Of a stretch of DNA of 64,000 bases, positions 24,351 to 38,164 are shown in pieces. Each line of letters opens with the position of its first letter. Within the stretch, counting starts at the first letter, position 1. The DNA is from Squalus acanthias (taxonomy: Eukaryota). Location of the stretch: assembly GCA_030390025.1 (NCBI GenBank), contig CM059431.1:94180001-94244000 (forward strand). Reading direction: 5' to 3'. The position numbers and the translations under genes were made by a program. The notes beneath the pieces are model-generated. The model did no database searches. It was not told where the DNA came from and was given only the letters and a program-made list of their open reading frames with translations.

Positions 24351-25994
24351 TCAATAATTTCCAGTAATGTCTTTGTGTTCAGTTCCAAGCATAAGTCTTC
24401 CACTTCCCTACAAGAATGAAGGCAAAATAGAATAAATGTTTCCATTCACCAACAGCTCTTCAGTGTTGGAAGGCTGGGATCAACTCTCAAATTCATAGTC
24501 TAGAATCAGGAAAGATTTGTGGTGTAGGGAGACCTAAAGGGACAAAGAAGGGGACAAAAGAATGCAATAATTTATAAAAATACCTGCTAGTTATGACAAA
24601 GTAGATGGTGCCAAATGAATACAACAAATGGCTAATATATAATGGGGTAGAATTTCCATGGTGGTTCACCTACCTCTTGTGGTAACTTTGGCAGAAGATT
24701 GGCAGAAACAGCGGAGAAAGGGCTGGAGATCGAGAGAAACCGAATGGGGGAATATTTTAAAGATATGTTTGTTAGAGATGGGCTTCTTATTTATAACTTA
24801 ATCCTCAAATCAATAAGGTTTTTATACATTGAATATCAGGTATCCCAGATTTATTAAGTATACAGTACGTGTAGTAGCACTTAAACATACACTTAAAAGT
24901 TAATACTTACACCCAGACCTAATGATGGTTGGTTGGGAATTCAAACATGTTACATTTCTGAATTCAGTATCTTTAGGCCTTTCCGAATATAAATGCTTAT
25001 TACGAACAGTCAGTTTTTATACATTTCTCTTACTCCCTCCATGTGACAATCCACAGTTCTGCATTACATAATTATATAAAAGTCAAAATACAATTCCTTA
25101 TAAGGAGAATTTAATTGTCTTAACCCTTATCAATAACTTTACTTTTCCTTACTTAACAAGCTAATTTTTCCATAGACTCCCTTATTTAGTTATCTTATCG
25201 ATAGTTTCACTTGCTACATATAATTGCTATTCAACCAGATGTAACTTTAATTAAATGTCTGTCTTTGATTATGTATTATTTCATACTAATCCCCTGCCTT
25301 TACAGAAACACCAATTTTAAAAAATGACGTTAAGTCAGAAATTTTCCTTTGCAGAACTAACTGTTTTTCCTGCACTTGTTTATCAGCTGATTATAGTTCT
25401 CTGAAATATATGAATCAGTAAGCACTATCATGTCATTTAATTAGGTTTACTGAAGTGACTAAGCTGATCATTGCATTAAAATCAGTCCTCACTCAATAAC
25501 CCAGTGTACTTTAAATTGACTTAAACTTCTCTGGTTAACAGGCAAAGGCTAAAAGTTACTGTTACTACAATATAAAGAGAAACCAATAGCAGTATAACAT
25601 TAGCAAACTTAAGGACAGTCAGATTAACTCTTTCCTTACATATTGACCTGAAGTTTATTTTGAGCACTAACCCAGAGTGGAGTTACAGACAAATTTCTTA
25701 TCCCACTGGCTGTGTTTGACTCTAAGGGGATAATTTTAACCCCAAAGAAAAGGTGGGTTTGGGGCAGGAGTGTAAGATGCATCACCCTGCAAAGTAAAAT
25801 GAGGGAGAGGTGACGTGCAATGCCGATTTAACGTCACCACGGAGAAATTGGAGCTTTGTGCTGAGTTCAGCGCTGGGCCCTAAGCTTGCCATATAAACTC
25901 AGCATGCAAGCAGGCTCACAGAGCCACTGTCAGGACCTCATAAAAGGACACATGCATCTTTCAGGTAAGTTTGCATTTAAGCTTTTGGACTGGG

Positions 25995-26973
25995 TGTAAG
26001 GTGTTTGGTTTCCTCGTCCTTACAAGGGTTCTTTGACTCTGGGTTTTACAGGAACAAAATGGTAGACGACACAAAGGTTTAGGTTCAACCCAAAACTGTT
26101 AGTTTATTAAAACCAGCAAAACACAGACAAATACCTGTTGAGATTTGGCTGAAACTTACAATCACCCATCCGGCCGGTCGTTACCGTTGTGGATTGTAGG
26201 CTTGGATCGGAGATGACCTGTCCCCATCCTCCTTTATCTGACTGCAGCTGCCTACACAATGCAAACCCCTTGTAGAGTCAACTGATTCTTACAATCACCC
26301 GTCCAAATGGTCGTAGCCGACGTTGATTGCAGGCTCGGAGCTGGAGATGACCGTCTTCCCTTCCTTCTTACACCTGGCAGTTGCTGTAGTCAGAGCTAGC
26401 TTCCGAGAGAGAGATTCCGAGAGAGAGCTTCCCAGAGAGGGAGAGAGAGAGAGAGCTGTGGTGTGGTTCCTTCTTGTAGTTCTTTTAGTCACCTGCCCCC
26501 ATGCTGGGCCTCCCCCAACCAGTTTCGGTTGTCAGTTTGCTAAACAGTCCGACATTCATACCTCGTCAACCTGTAATCCAATCACCGGAGGTGTACAGAG
26601 TTGTGAGATCGAAGATAACTCCTTATCTCCTCTCCCGCTTTCTGTAACGCATATTCAATGTGATTTCTATTACAGTTGATGGGCGGTTGGCTGATTGTCT
26701 GCTCGGGACTCGTGTATCTTCCATTCATGTCAGGAAGTCAATCGTGACCCCCATTGTTTCAGTTAAACTCAGAGCATTGTCCAGATGTTAATTTTTCCCA
26801 TCGAAACCAATCATGATTCAAGGCCTCACAGTTCAATGTCAATGTCCTTTTCAGAGTTAATCATGAGTCAAAGCTTTCATTGTCCAGTATCAATGTGTTC
26901 TCCAAAAACTGCAGACTTTGATGACTGGCACCTTTTCTGTGCCTTGAAGTTTAACCATTTCATGCCCTTACCA
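25995..26973 (-). mobile_element. Solo LTR (979 bp)
   Basis: Termini TGTAAGG...CCTTACCA, exact 5-bp TSD CTGGG (25990-25994, 26974-26978), AATAAA on the minus strand at ~26103. Confidence 0.85.
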
Positions 26974-27152
26974 CTGGGCCAAACAGGCTTTCAGCATTTT
27001 ACTATTGTACTGGTTTTTTTTGAAATCGACATTGTTTTTTTTTATTTTACTGAAGTCGTGGCTTGCTGCAATAGATGTTAAAAGTTTTTTAAGTGTGTAT
27101 GGATTACTGCTGGATGCTTGCAAGGCCTCGGATGGTAAAGGAAGGACTCTGA

Positions 27153-27280
27153 GAAGACAGAAAAAGCTGCAAATACTCAGCAGGTCAGGCAACATCCATG
27201 GAGAGTGCAACAGAGATCACGTCTCAGGTCAAGATGCTACCTGACCTGCTGCGTATTTCCAGCATTTTATGCTGTCTTTT
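27153..27280. repeat. Palindromic Penelope-like terminal-repeat derivative
   Basis: Inverted arms AATACTCAGCAGGTCAGGCAACATC / GATGCTACCTGACCTGCTGCGTATT. A related half lies at ~39160-39270. The Penelope assignment is from recognition only. Confidence 0.5.
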
Positions 27281-28977
27281 CAGATTTACAGCATCCATGC
27301 CCAGAGGGAAGAGGAAGATGCAGAAGAGGACGAAACAGAAGAGGAGGAAGCAGGAGAGGGGGAAACAGAAGAGGAGAAAGCTGAAGAGGAGGAAGCAGAA
27401 GGAAGAATGCAACCCAGACAGCCTCATTCTGGCTGGGATATCCGGGATGGAATTATCTACCTGCGGTCCCAGTGACCACAACCCCAATTCTCCTTTCAAC
27501 ACCTTACCTTCCCTCTGTTACTGACTATCACTGTGTCCTCTTGGCCACAATGCTGAAATAAAAGCCAACACAAAACAAAATTTCCAATCCAACATTATAC
27601 ATCTATCTTTATACATCTTAATACATCTTAATATGACATCAAGAAATGAACTCATCAACCTTATGCATTCTGTTAGTGACTGTCTTGTGTGTGCCTTTGC
27701 CTATCCTCGTGATGTCACGCAGTGCTACCCCAGTGCTGCAGCATGGCTGGTGGAAGTCTGCTGACTTTCAGTGGGGTTCACTGCAAATGGCCTTGCAGGA
27801 CGACCTTGAGGAGCTGGTGGTTGGGAGTGTCAAATCAAGTGATGGTGTTTCTTCTTCTTCATCTTCTTCTTCACTCTCCTCTCCCTCGACTTGGCCAACC
27901 ACTGGCTGGGCAGGCTGTATTTCTTGGGTGTGTGAAATGAGGAAACCACAAGGGTAGAGTTGTGGTGAGGGGAGTGCGGGAAAGGAACAGGTGCATGCCA
28001 GAAGTTGGATAACCTATGAGGATATCAGCATCTTGTATCCTTTCTGCCCCGCTGCTGGCCAAGGGCTCAGCCATGCCTCTGCCAAGAATGGCCAGCAACG
28101 GGGTGAGGTGAAGCTAGGAATGGGAAGTGTACAGATTGTTGGTAGGTGAGTGATTGGGGGGTGGGGGCAGTCATGCATTGAGCAGTGTATGAGGCTAATG
28201 CTGCAGTTGGTAGGAGACGGCTTTTGAAGATGCATTCACTGACCTTGACCAGTGGTCTGAGGTCATGAATCTTCTTTGGGCACTGGAGCCAGGTGGTGCT
28301 GGCAGTGACGGCCTCAGTGATCTGGGCCCACGTTTTTCTTTCTGAAGGGCCTCCTGGCCCCTGTGGGTAGAGGACCTCTCTTGCAGTGTTGACCCCCTGC
28401 ACAAAGCTGGAGTGCTACGTGCAAGACCCTGGTTTGCTGAGCCATTTGTGTTAGTGCTGAAGCACTTTTCCCATTTTTTGAGGTTTCGAAGGGAATTCAG
28501 CTCTAAGTGTCGAAGACTCCCATTTGGGACTTCTTTTTAATGTTACTTTTTTAAAAGGCAGTAAGGGCTAAAAGCTGCATTTTTTTACTTCATTTTAATT
28601 TTTATTAGTTCTGATTTAAATTTCCCACAATGCCTAGCGAATTCCATAGCTTCGCTTCCAGAGGCTGTTAGAATCTTCGACTCCCATGCCTGCACTAATG
28701 CCACCAGGAGGGCGTTACATGGTAAGTTAGCGCTGGGCTACAAATCTTTAGCCCCCAGTGCAAATTTTTCCCTGCTTCCATTTTCAACGGCCGTTAACCC
28801 GAGTTTCTGGTGACAGCGGCAACTCTCGTGGTGGCCACGAATTTTTCCCCCTTTGTGTTTAAACCCAAAGCCTCTCCTCTATAATGGACTATTCAGCCTC
28901 TCTTCCCTGATGCACTTTTCAATCTCTGCTCCTTGGTAACCTCAACCTTTCCTCTCTGATGCACTGTTCAAGTGTTC

Positions 28978-30253
28978 TCTGCTGTGCTGCTCAGTCTCTC
29001 CTCTCTCTGATGTGTTGCTCAGTCTCTCCTCTCTCTGATGTGTTGCTCAGTCTCTCCTCTCTCTGATGTGTTGCTCAGTCTCTCCTCTCTCTGATGTGTT
29101 GCTCAGTCTCTCCTCTCTCTGATGTGCTGCTCAGTCTCTCCTCTCTGATGTGTTGCTCAGTCTCTCCTCTCTCCGATGTGTTGCTCAGTCTCTCCTCTCT
29201 CTGATGTGCTGCTCAGTCTCTCCTCTCTGATGTGTTGCTCAGTCTCTCCTCTCTCCGATGTGTTGCTCAGTCTCTCCTCTCTCTGATGTGTTGCTCAGTC
29301 TCTCCTCTCTCTGATGTGTTGCTCAGTCTCTCCTCTCTCTGATGTGTTGCTCAGTCTCTCCTCTCTCCGATGTGTTGCTCAGTCTCTCCTCTCTCTGATG
29401 TGTTGCTCAGTCTCTCCTCTCTCTGATGTGTTGCTCAGTCTCTCCTCTCTCTGCTGTGTTGCTCAGTCTCTCCTCTCTCTGATGTGTTGCTCAGTCTCTC
29501 CTCTCTCTGATGTGTTGCTCAGTCTCTCCTCTCTCCGATGTGTTGCTCAGTCTCTCCTCTCTCTGATGTGTTGCTCAGTCTCTCCTCTCTCCGATGTGTT
29601 GCTCAGTCTCTCCTCTCTCTGATGTGTTGCTCAGTCTCTCCTCTCTCTGATGTGTTGCTCAGTCTCTCCTCTCTCTGATGTGTTGCTCAGTCTCTCCTCT
29701 CTGATGTGTTGCTCAGTCTCTCCTCTCTCTGATGTGTTGCTCAGTCTCTCCTCTCTCCGATGTGTTGCTCAGTCTCTCCTCTCTCTGATGTGTTGCTCAG
29801 TCTCTCCTCTCTCTGATGTGTTGCTCAGTCTCTCCTCTCTCTGATGTGTTGCTCAGTCTCTCCTCTCTGATGTGTTGCTCAGTCTCTCCTCTCTCTGATG
29901 TGTTGCTCAGTCTCTCCTCTCTGATGTGTTGCTCAGTCTCTCCTCTCTCTGATGTGTTGCTCAGTCTCTCCTCTCTCTGATGTGTTGCTCAGTCTCTTCT
30001 CTCTGATGAGTTGCTCAGTCTCTCCTCTCTCTGATGTGTTGCTCAGTCTCTCCTCTCTCTGATGTGTTGCTCAGTCTCTTCTCTCTGATGAGTTGCTCAG
30101 TCTCTCCTCTCTCTGATGTGTTGCTCAGTCTCTCCTCTCTCTGATGTGTTGCTCAGTCTCTCCTCTCTCTGATGTGTTGCTCAGTCTCTCCTCTCTCTGA
30201 TGAGCTGCTCAGTCTCTCCTCTCCGATGAGCTGCTCAGTCTCTTCTCTCTGAT
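28978..30253. repeat. Minisatellite, 28-bp unit GATGTGTTGCTCAGTCTCTCCTCTCTCT, ~45 copies
   Basis: Direct tandem periodicity with 26-bp deletion variants and CCGA/ATGAG variants. Confidence 0.97.
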
Positions 30254-30639
30254 GCAATGTGCAATTGATTTAAAAAATGTTAATGCAATAAAAAAATTGA
30301 TCTTTGGTGTCTATTTTGTTTTATTCATTGCTCTCAGCTCTAAAACTAGCACTGTGAGCGGAGCCTTGCTCTGCACTCAGAACCCATACAATCTGGAAAA
30401 TCGTCAAAAGCTGCTGCATTGAAGGTCTGCAAAGACTGCCTGGCCTTTGCTGTGAGAGGACCTGGAGGCAAAATGAGCAGCAGCTCTCAGATATTTTTGC
30501 ACTTCCACTTCTTCTTCTTCCACCACCACCACCACCACCACCAACACGTAACAGTAACCTGCAGCCGATAGTCAGCTATCCAAATGTGCTCCTGCCAGGT
30601 TTCACATTCGTGGTTCAGAACAGGCGTGCTTCACGTAGA

Positions 30640-30885
30640 AAAAGGGTTAAAATCACAAAGGCCTTTCAAAATGGCATTATAGAGGCAATTTAGTGCTTGT
30701 TAAGGGCCTTAACAGCCTATTCCGGCTCTTAGAGGCGGGACGGAGTCAGGACCAGCAGACACGATTTAATGAAAATTGCATGGAGGCGGGATGGAGACGG
30801 GCTTGTGCCTGCCCGCCAGTTTTCGCAATTTTAACCCCCCACATGCCTCCAAACCCACCTCCACGGGTCAATGAAAATTCTGCCC
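30640..30885 (-). mobile_element. Harbinger left-end fragment related to H1/H2
   Basis: Reverse-complement similarity to 12101-12345. Terminus AAAATTCTGCCC. Confidence 0.7.
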
Positions 30886-31287
30886 TATGTGTGTGAAAAA
30901 GTTAGACTGAAAGTACAATGAGACACAGGCTTCTCATTGGGGAATGTCAAGCATTCCATAACTGCAGGAGAGCAAAAAAAGTACAAAGAAGTGCAGTTTG
31001 CAACAGTGGTGAACTTAGAAATGACTGAAGGAAACGTGTAAGCTGAAGCGTGAGATTTATTTTCTACGGAAACCCAAGGGGAAGTTCTGAAAAATTTTCA
31101 TTTTGAATTTTCATTTGGAGCCTATTCTGACATTTTGGAGCCTCTGTAATTCTGCTTTTTAACCAAAAATAGTTTCTCCCAGAAGGATTACAGACATTAG
31201 CAATATGAAACTAAAAGTAGTTGTAGGGACAGGAATTCAACTTTACCGGGTTCAGTAAATCTGATCCCAGATATATAGGGACAGAGG

Positions 31288-32367
31288 CGCATAGGAACAG
31301 GAGTAGGCCATTCAGCCCCTTGAACCTGTTCCTCCATTCAATGAGTTCATGGCTGATCTGTATCTTAACTCCATCTACCCGCCTTGGTTCTGTAACCCTG
31401 AATACCCCTGCCTAACAAAAAATGATCAATCTCAGTTTTGAAATTTTCAATTGACCTAGCCTCCACAGCTTTTTGAGGGAGAGAGTTACAGATCTCCACC
31501 ACCCTTTTTGTGAACAGGTGCTTCCTGACATGGTGAGCAGTTAAAATGTGGCTCCATTTTAACTCCACAAGTTTTGGCAGCGGTTTAGGCTCCCACTGGA
31601 GTCCAGCGTGAGCCTCATTAATAAATGCAAACTGGGGTACCATGACGGACATGGGACCCGATAGTATTTTAACCCACAGGCAAGTGAGGTGCCCCGTTGG
31701 GATGCCAGTGAGCCCCTCTGAGATAAACAAACTTTCCTTAGTGGGATCAAAAGGAACAAAGTGCTCCTCCAGGCCCCATAAGGAAAGTCTGAGCCTCTGC
31801 TGCACCAGGCTCCATCCACACTCATCCGCAAGGATCAGTGCTTGGGCCTCAGCTATTTACAATCTATATTAATAACTTAGATGAAGGGACTGAGTGTAAC
31901 GTATCCAAGTTTGCTGATGATACAAAGTTAGGTGGGAAAGTAAGCTGTGAGGAGGACGCAAAGAGGCTGCAGAGAGATATAGACAGGTTGGCTGAGTGGG
32001 CAAGAACATGGCAAATGGAATACAATGTGGGAAGTGTGAAGTTATCCACTTTGGTAGGAAAAACAAAAAAAGCAGAATATATTTTGAATGGTGACATAAT
32101 GGGAAATGTTTGCACTCAGAGGGACCTGGGTGTCCTTGTACATGAATCACAGAAAGTTAACATGCAGGTATAGCAAGCAAATAGGAAAGCAAATGAGTCA
32201 GAGAGTCATAGAGTCATAATGGCACAGAAGGAGACCATTCAGCCCATCGAGTCCGGGCCGGCTCTCTGTAGAGCAATCCAGTCAGTCCCATTCACCCGCT
32301 CTATCCCCGTAGCCCTGCAAGTTTATTTCCCTCAAGTGCCCATCCAGTCTCCCCTTGAAAACATTGA
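31288..32367. mobile_element. Cluster of CR1 fragments (31288-31530 -, 31825-32195 +, 32196-32367 -)
   Basis: FADDTKLGG in ORF 31838-32173, plus CR1 3' tails. Confidence 0.8.
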
Positions 32368-32906
32368 GGCCACGAATTTAATAGCACTCAGGGGGTGGGT
32401 TTGGAGGCGGGTCTGTTGCAAAAATCGGAAAAATTGGGTGCGGGCTGCAACCCCGCCTCCATCCCACCTCCACGTAACTTTGGCACGTGTCGGGTCAGCC
32501 GCTCCCGAACTGACCCGACACCAAACGGCGGGAGAGGCAGTTAAGGCCGTTAACAGGTCGTTAACTGCCTCAATAATCCTCTTTTAAAGGCCTGATCTGA
32601 TTTTGGAAGTTTTTCACCATGCTGCCCGCCTTCATAAAAGCACGCCAGGTGAATCGAGCTGGGTTGAGCGAGGACCTGAATTGTTGCCAGCTGCTCGAGC
32701 AGCTTAAAATCGGTCCTGCAATCTCTCATTCTTTCACATGTCACAACTTAGTGCTTTGAGGTTTGGGAGACATTTTGCAGCTCAACTAATCTTGTGAGTG
32801 TTGAGTCTGAAATCCATCTGCTGTGTGACCTCCTTGGAATACCCTTTGGCCACTTTGTCTGAGCGCACACAACCTCCATTCCTCGACTGAGATATATACC
32901 AGCAGT

Positions 32907-34161
32907 ATGGGAACCATTTATATCCTCTCATCCTGGTCGTCAGATTTGGAGGAAGAGCAGCCGCGGCAGCAGCGCAACCAAGCACAGCAGCAGCACCAAC
33001 AACAGGAGCGCCAACCTTCTCCTCAGCCACCTGATGCTGCACAGGGCAGAGGGCGTCAGCGCAGGGCTGCACCTCGCCGCAGGAGAAACCCCCAACACCG
33101 GCTTTACAGGCAGAGGATCAGCTTCCTCAACATGAGTGAGCAGTAGTGCCAAAGGAGTCTGAGACTTTCGCAAGAGGTAGTCACTGACATCTGCACAATG
33201 CTGCACCAACACCTGGAGCCCAGAGGAGCGGGTGGACACCCCTTCCCAGTGGCTGTCAAAGTCACCACCACACTCAACTTCTTTGCTTCGGGCTCCTTCC
33301 AAGGATCATCTGCAGACATCAGCGGCATCTCCCAGTCGGCCGCACACGTCTGTATCACGCAGGCTACCGATGCCCTCTTTGCAAAGGTGCACAATTACAT
33401 CCACTTCTCTATGGATGAAGCAAGTGTAACTTCGCGTGTGGTTGGCTTTGCTAAGAAGGCAGGCTTCCCAAGGGTGCAGGGTGTCGTAGACTGCACACAT
33501 GTGGCCATTAGGGCACCCCATCACAATTCAGCTGTATTTGTCAACCGCAAGGGCTTCCACTCCCTTAACATCCAGCTGGTGTGTAACCACAGGAAGATCA
33601 TCATGCATGTTTGTGCAAAGTACCCTGGCAGTTGCCATGACTCCTTCATCCTGCGGCAGTCTGCTGTGCCTCAGCTCTTCAATCCGCCAACCCAACTTTC
33701 CGGATGGCTACTTGGCGACAAGGGCTATCCCCTGAAAAAGTGGCTCATGGCACCGATGAGGAGGCCATCAAACAAGGCTGAGGAGCGCTACAATGTGAGC
33801 CACATTTCCACCAGAAGCATCATAGAGCAAAACATCGGCTTTCTCAAAATGCGCTTCTGATGCCTCAACAGATCTGGTGGAGCCCTGCAGTATGCACCAG
33901 CCACAGTGTCCAGAGTCATCGTCGTCTGCTATGCCCTGCACAACATCGCACAGCAGCGTGGCTTAGCGCTCCCTGAGGAACAAGTGGCTCAGTGCAGAGC
34001 ATCCTCGGAAGAAGAAGGAGGAGGATGAGGAGGACGAAGAGAACGAGGAGGAGGAGGAGGTGGCATGCCTTGCGGGGCCGGATGTGACCAATCCAGCAGC
34101 ACTCGAGCACATTGCTGGTTGTCACGCAAGGGATGCACTCATCCAAGCCAGATTCCCTTAA
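32907..34161 (+). pseudogene. Harbinger transposase of H3
   Basis: VDCTHV, PGSCHDS, LGDKGYP. In-frame stops at 33144-33146 and 33858-33860. Confidence 0.9.
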
Positions 34162-34445
34162 GCTAACGCTTCAACCACAGGTGGCTGGCATATGGCAATG
34201 AATGTGTGGATGACCTTCTTCAAACGCCATACATCATCTCTCCAATAAACGGTGCTTTCCTATCACTTTCAGCATCATCATTACAAATACAAGTCACCCT
34301 GAGCCCTCAATGTGCAACTTCCATTTCCAGAAGACATAGGCTAGAACTTCAACTGTTTGCCATCACTTTTGTTTAATAAAATCACAAAAGGTTGACAATG
34401 GCAAATATACAACAGAACAAAACACCCAAGTGACTACCTTTATGA

Positions 34446-36346
34446 CTATTTGTGTGTTAGCTTCCTCTTACGCGAGCTTCTACATGGTGCTTCCCCTGTG
34501 GCTTCAGCAGATGTAGAGGCACCTTGCTCACTTTGATGCTGCGCCTGCTTAGATGCCTTTGGCGGGCGTCCTCTGGATTTGGGTGCCTGGGAGAGTTCCT
34601 CCACAGTCTGCTCTTCCTGCGGCTGTGCAGGGGCTGAGACGGCCATCTCAGTTGGGTGAGGACTCTGGGGCTCTGACTGAGGGCTCCGCAGTGGCATGGT
34701 CGTGTGAGCACTTGGAGAGGAGCCCACACTTCCTGTTGTCTGCCACCAACATCCCTCTCATGGGTCACCCGCACTTCAGTGCTAGCAAGTGGCTGGAGAG
34801 CACTTTGCTGCACATCAGTGGGGCCATGAAGACCCGTCTCTGCTCTGACAATCCTCATAAGAGGGACATCCATGTACCTCTGGTGTCTCTCCTTAATAAA
34901 TGCCCATCTATCCTCCATAGCAGACCATCTATTTAGAAGAGTCACCATGTTCTCGTGTGTCTGGCGACTTATGTCCTCCAAGAAGGTTGCCACCCTCTCC
35001 ATGGCGGCATGTTCATGCACCATTGCCTCCACAAAGGCAGTGCTCATGTTGGAGATGGACTCCTCCATATCCTCCACACCCGCAGTTACCCTGGAGGCAA
35101 ACCCAGTCAGAGCCTCCTGCACTTGTTCCTGGAGTTCCAGAGCCGCTCTCTTTCTGCATGGCCCCAGAGGCACAGCGTCTACATGCAGCTGAGCAGAGCT
35201 AGGAGGGTCCTGCAACCTCCGACGAGGACTCTCCACTGCTGTCGCTGTCTCCACCATCTGCTGATGCTCACTTGTGAGCTGTGATACACCAGGTGACAAC
35301 GCTATTCTATGTCGCGAAGGCCCGGCCGAGGTGTGAGTGTCTGCACTGGTGCTGGGTGCGCTGAGTCCTGGTGACGCTGCTCCCTCAGAGGCTGCAGGTT
35401 CCTCTGAGGAGTCATCCGGCTCTTCCTCCTGGGACAGTGGGGAGGGGGGCTCTCGATGGTCCTGTGGGAGAGTAAAGGCATCAGTTAGACATCTGATTTT
35501 TAGATAGCAGACACATCCTATTGTGCAGATGATACAAAGTGAATCCCTACGAACATCATATGCCAATCATGAAATCTAAATGTGAGGGATGAAACTCTAT
35601 TCTGTCACCAGCTTCATCTAGTGTGCCCGTCTCTCCGTCCCCCACTTCCAGCCTCTCGCCGCCTCCCACGATCTCATGCGCAGCTTCCTCAGCACTTGTC
35701 AATGTCGCCAACGTTGGAGCCCCTCTTCCTGTCTTTGCTCTCTCGCTCTTATTGTGGGCTATCTTTTCCTGCAAGGAGGGACACAAGTGGAGTTTCAGCG
35801 AGATTGATGGAGTGACTGAAGAATTCATAACAGAAGCTTAGAGGGAGACCAAGATGGAGTGAGGTGCCAAGAGGAAGGTGCCTCCCTGTGCGTTGTTAGT
35901 TGATGTCATTGCATAACAGTGAGAGCGAGTGTGAGGGGTGCATAATAGGATGGTGAAGTGATTCAATACAGAGAGAGAGATGGACAGGTAATGGTGCAAG
36001 GGAAGTAAGGGTAAGGTGTGATGTGGAGGAGCAGGCTTACAAAGCAGAGTGCTGGTGATGAGAAGAGAAGGGAAGCAGATTGAAGATAAGTGTGATGTGA
36101 AACTCACTTTTGCTGATGCAGAAGATCATTAAACCGTTTCCAGCACTGGATCCAGGTGCGTGAACAAACGGACCTTGCGCTGACCTCCTCAGCAATGTGC
36201 AGCCAGGCTGCCTTTGTTTGCTGAGGAGGCTTCCTCCGGCCATCGGGAGGGAACAGAATCTCCCTGTGCCCCCTTACTCCCTCCACAAGAGCTTGGAGGG
36301 AGTGCTGATTGAAACGTGGAGCAGCCTTCGGTTTTGCAGCACTCAT
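34446..36346 (-). pseudogene. Myb/SANT-like gene of H3, 3 exons, frameshifted
   Basis: Collinear with the H1 gene. Exon 1 is 239 nt versus 240, and there is a frameshift near 34727. Confidence 0.85.
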
Positions 36347-36617
36347 TGTGGCCTTGGCACATTCAGAGACCAGCAGAAACGAGAAATGAAAGGCTGAGGC
36401 TGCATGAGCCCCTTAAAAACAACTGCAGCAATGACGTCATCAGAGGCGACTAACAGACCCGATCCCAGTCATTGGACCAGCCAGTGCACACCACGGCACT
36501 TAATAGGTCAATTAAATTAAAATGTCAATTCGGGAGCGGCTGAAACCGGCAGCGGGCCCAGAACCGACCCACCAGGCAACCCGACTCCAACCCGCCACCT
36601 CCATTAGATTCGCGGCC

Positions 36618-37590
36618 TGAGTGTCTCCGCTTCCACCACTTCCGTCGGCAGCGAATTCCAGGTCATCACCACTCGCTGCGTAAAAAAGTTTTTCCTCACA
36701 TCCCCCCTGTATCTCTTGCCCAAAACCTTAAATCTGTGTCCCCTCGTCCTTGTACCCTCAACTAGTGGGAACAGCCTTCCCCCGTCTAGCCTATCCAAAC
36801 CCGTCATAACCTTGTACACCTCTATCAAATCGCCCCTCAACCTCCTTTGCTCTAATGAAAACAAATCCAGCTTCTCCAACCTGTCCTTGTAGCTAAGATC
36901 CCCCATCCCTGGAACCATTCTGGTAAATCTCCTCTGCACCCTCTCAAGGGTATGTTACTTTTTGTTACAAAGAGATTAGAGTATAAGAGAAGTCTTACTA
37001 CAATTATACAGGGAATTGGTGAGGCCACACCTGGAGTACTGTGTACAGTTCTGGTCTCCTTACCTAAGGAAAGACATACTTGCCTTAGAGGGAGTGCAGC
37101 AAAGGGTCACTAGACTGGTTCATGGGATGAGGGGATTGCCCTATGAGGAGAGATTGAGTAGACTAGGTCTATATTCCTTAGAGTTTAGAAGAATGAGAGG
37201 TGATCTAATTGAAACATATAAAATTCTTAAGGGGCTTGACAGGTTAATGCTGGGAAAGTGTTTCCCCTGGCTGGGGAATCTAGAACATGAGGTCACAGTC
37301 ACAGAATAAGGGGTCGGCCATTTAGGACTGAGATGAGGAGAAATTTCTTCACTCAGAGGGTGGTGAATCTTTGGAATTCTCTACCCCAGAGAGCTGTGGA
37401 TGCTCAGTCATTGAGTATATTCAAGACAGAGATCGATAGATTTTTGGGAACGAAGGGAATTAAGGGATATGGGGATAGTGCGGGAAGGGGGAGTTGAGGT
37501 AGAAGATCAGCCATGATCTTGATGAATGGCGGAGCAGGCTCAAAGGGCCAAATGGCCTACTCCAGCTCTTATTTCTTATGTTCTTATGTT
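36618..37590. mobile_element. CR1 3' fragments (36618-36950 -, 36950-37590 +)
   Basis: ORFs 36604-36939 and 37016-37309 carry RT C-terminal motifs. (TTCTTATG)n tail. Confidence 0.85.
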
Positions 37591-38164
37591 CACTTCCTCC
37601 CCAGCCATGAGCCGCTCACAACAACTCCTCTCCCACCTCCCCCCTCGATTTACCTAGCGACCTGCTGCCTTCTCTTCATACGAGCAGGCACTGAACTGGG
37701 CCGTCCAATCTTATGGGTCGGAATTTTCTGTACCTGGACGACACTGTCGCGGGTCGCGACTCCATTCTTCATTCCATCCCGCGGCTGAGAATTACTTTCC
37801 GTTAATGGGGCCTATTAAGGCCATCCTGCGCGTTACCCGGCCCTGTTAAATGGTGCGGGTAATGGGAATCACATTGGAGGATCACTAGTTTAAAAGGACA
37901 TAACAAAGAAAATGGCAATTTTAAAATAATATCACAGAAGTATTTTGCTTGTCTCAAGATAGGTAGGTAATACCCTTTACTCTTAGAAATCCACTGAATG
38001 CGAGGGCATCCTTCTTTATTTCCAAGTGATCTAACTTCTTGGAATATGCTTCTTGCTGAGGCATTGACAGTGTCAAAGAGCCTCCAGGAGCAATGATTTT
38101 CCTGGTGTATGAATTAGCCACTCTGTCAATTATTAGGTTGAATTGAAGATAGTAGCCTTACACT

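Larger units (their letters stand above)
25726..28851. mobile_element. Degenerate Harbinger derivative H5 with nested insertions
   Basis: Transposase acidic-tail remnant (27300-27470) and Myb remnants (minus, e.g. WLQCPKKIHDL at 28067-28402). G5/C5 termini match imperfectly. Confidence 0.6.
32368..36617 (+). mobile_element. Full-length two-gene Harbinger element H3 (4.25 kb), both genes disabled
   Basis: TIR GGCCACGAATTTAAT / ATTAGATTCGCGGCC (13/15), TGA TSD, inserted in a CR1 3' end. Transposase and Myb genes are convergent. Confidence 0.92.

Noticed and set aside
28978..30253. CRISPR-like array or coding ORFs (29314-29622, 29650-29844)
   Set aside because: Head-to-tail repeats with no unique spacers in eukaryotic DNA. 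The ORFs are repeat artefacts.
31183..31256. Possible internal exon or J-like segment (VVGTGIQL)
   Set aside because: The phase-1 reading hits a stop, and there is no FGxG motif or RSS.
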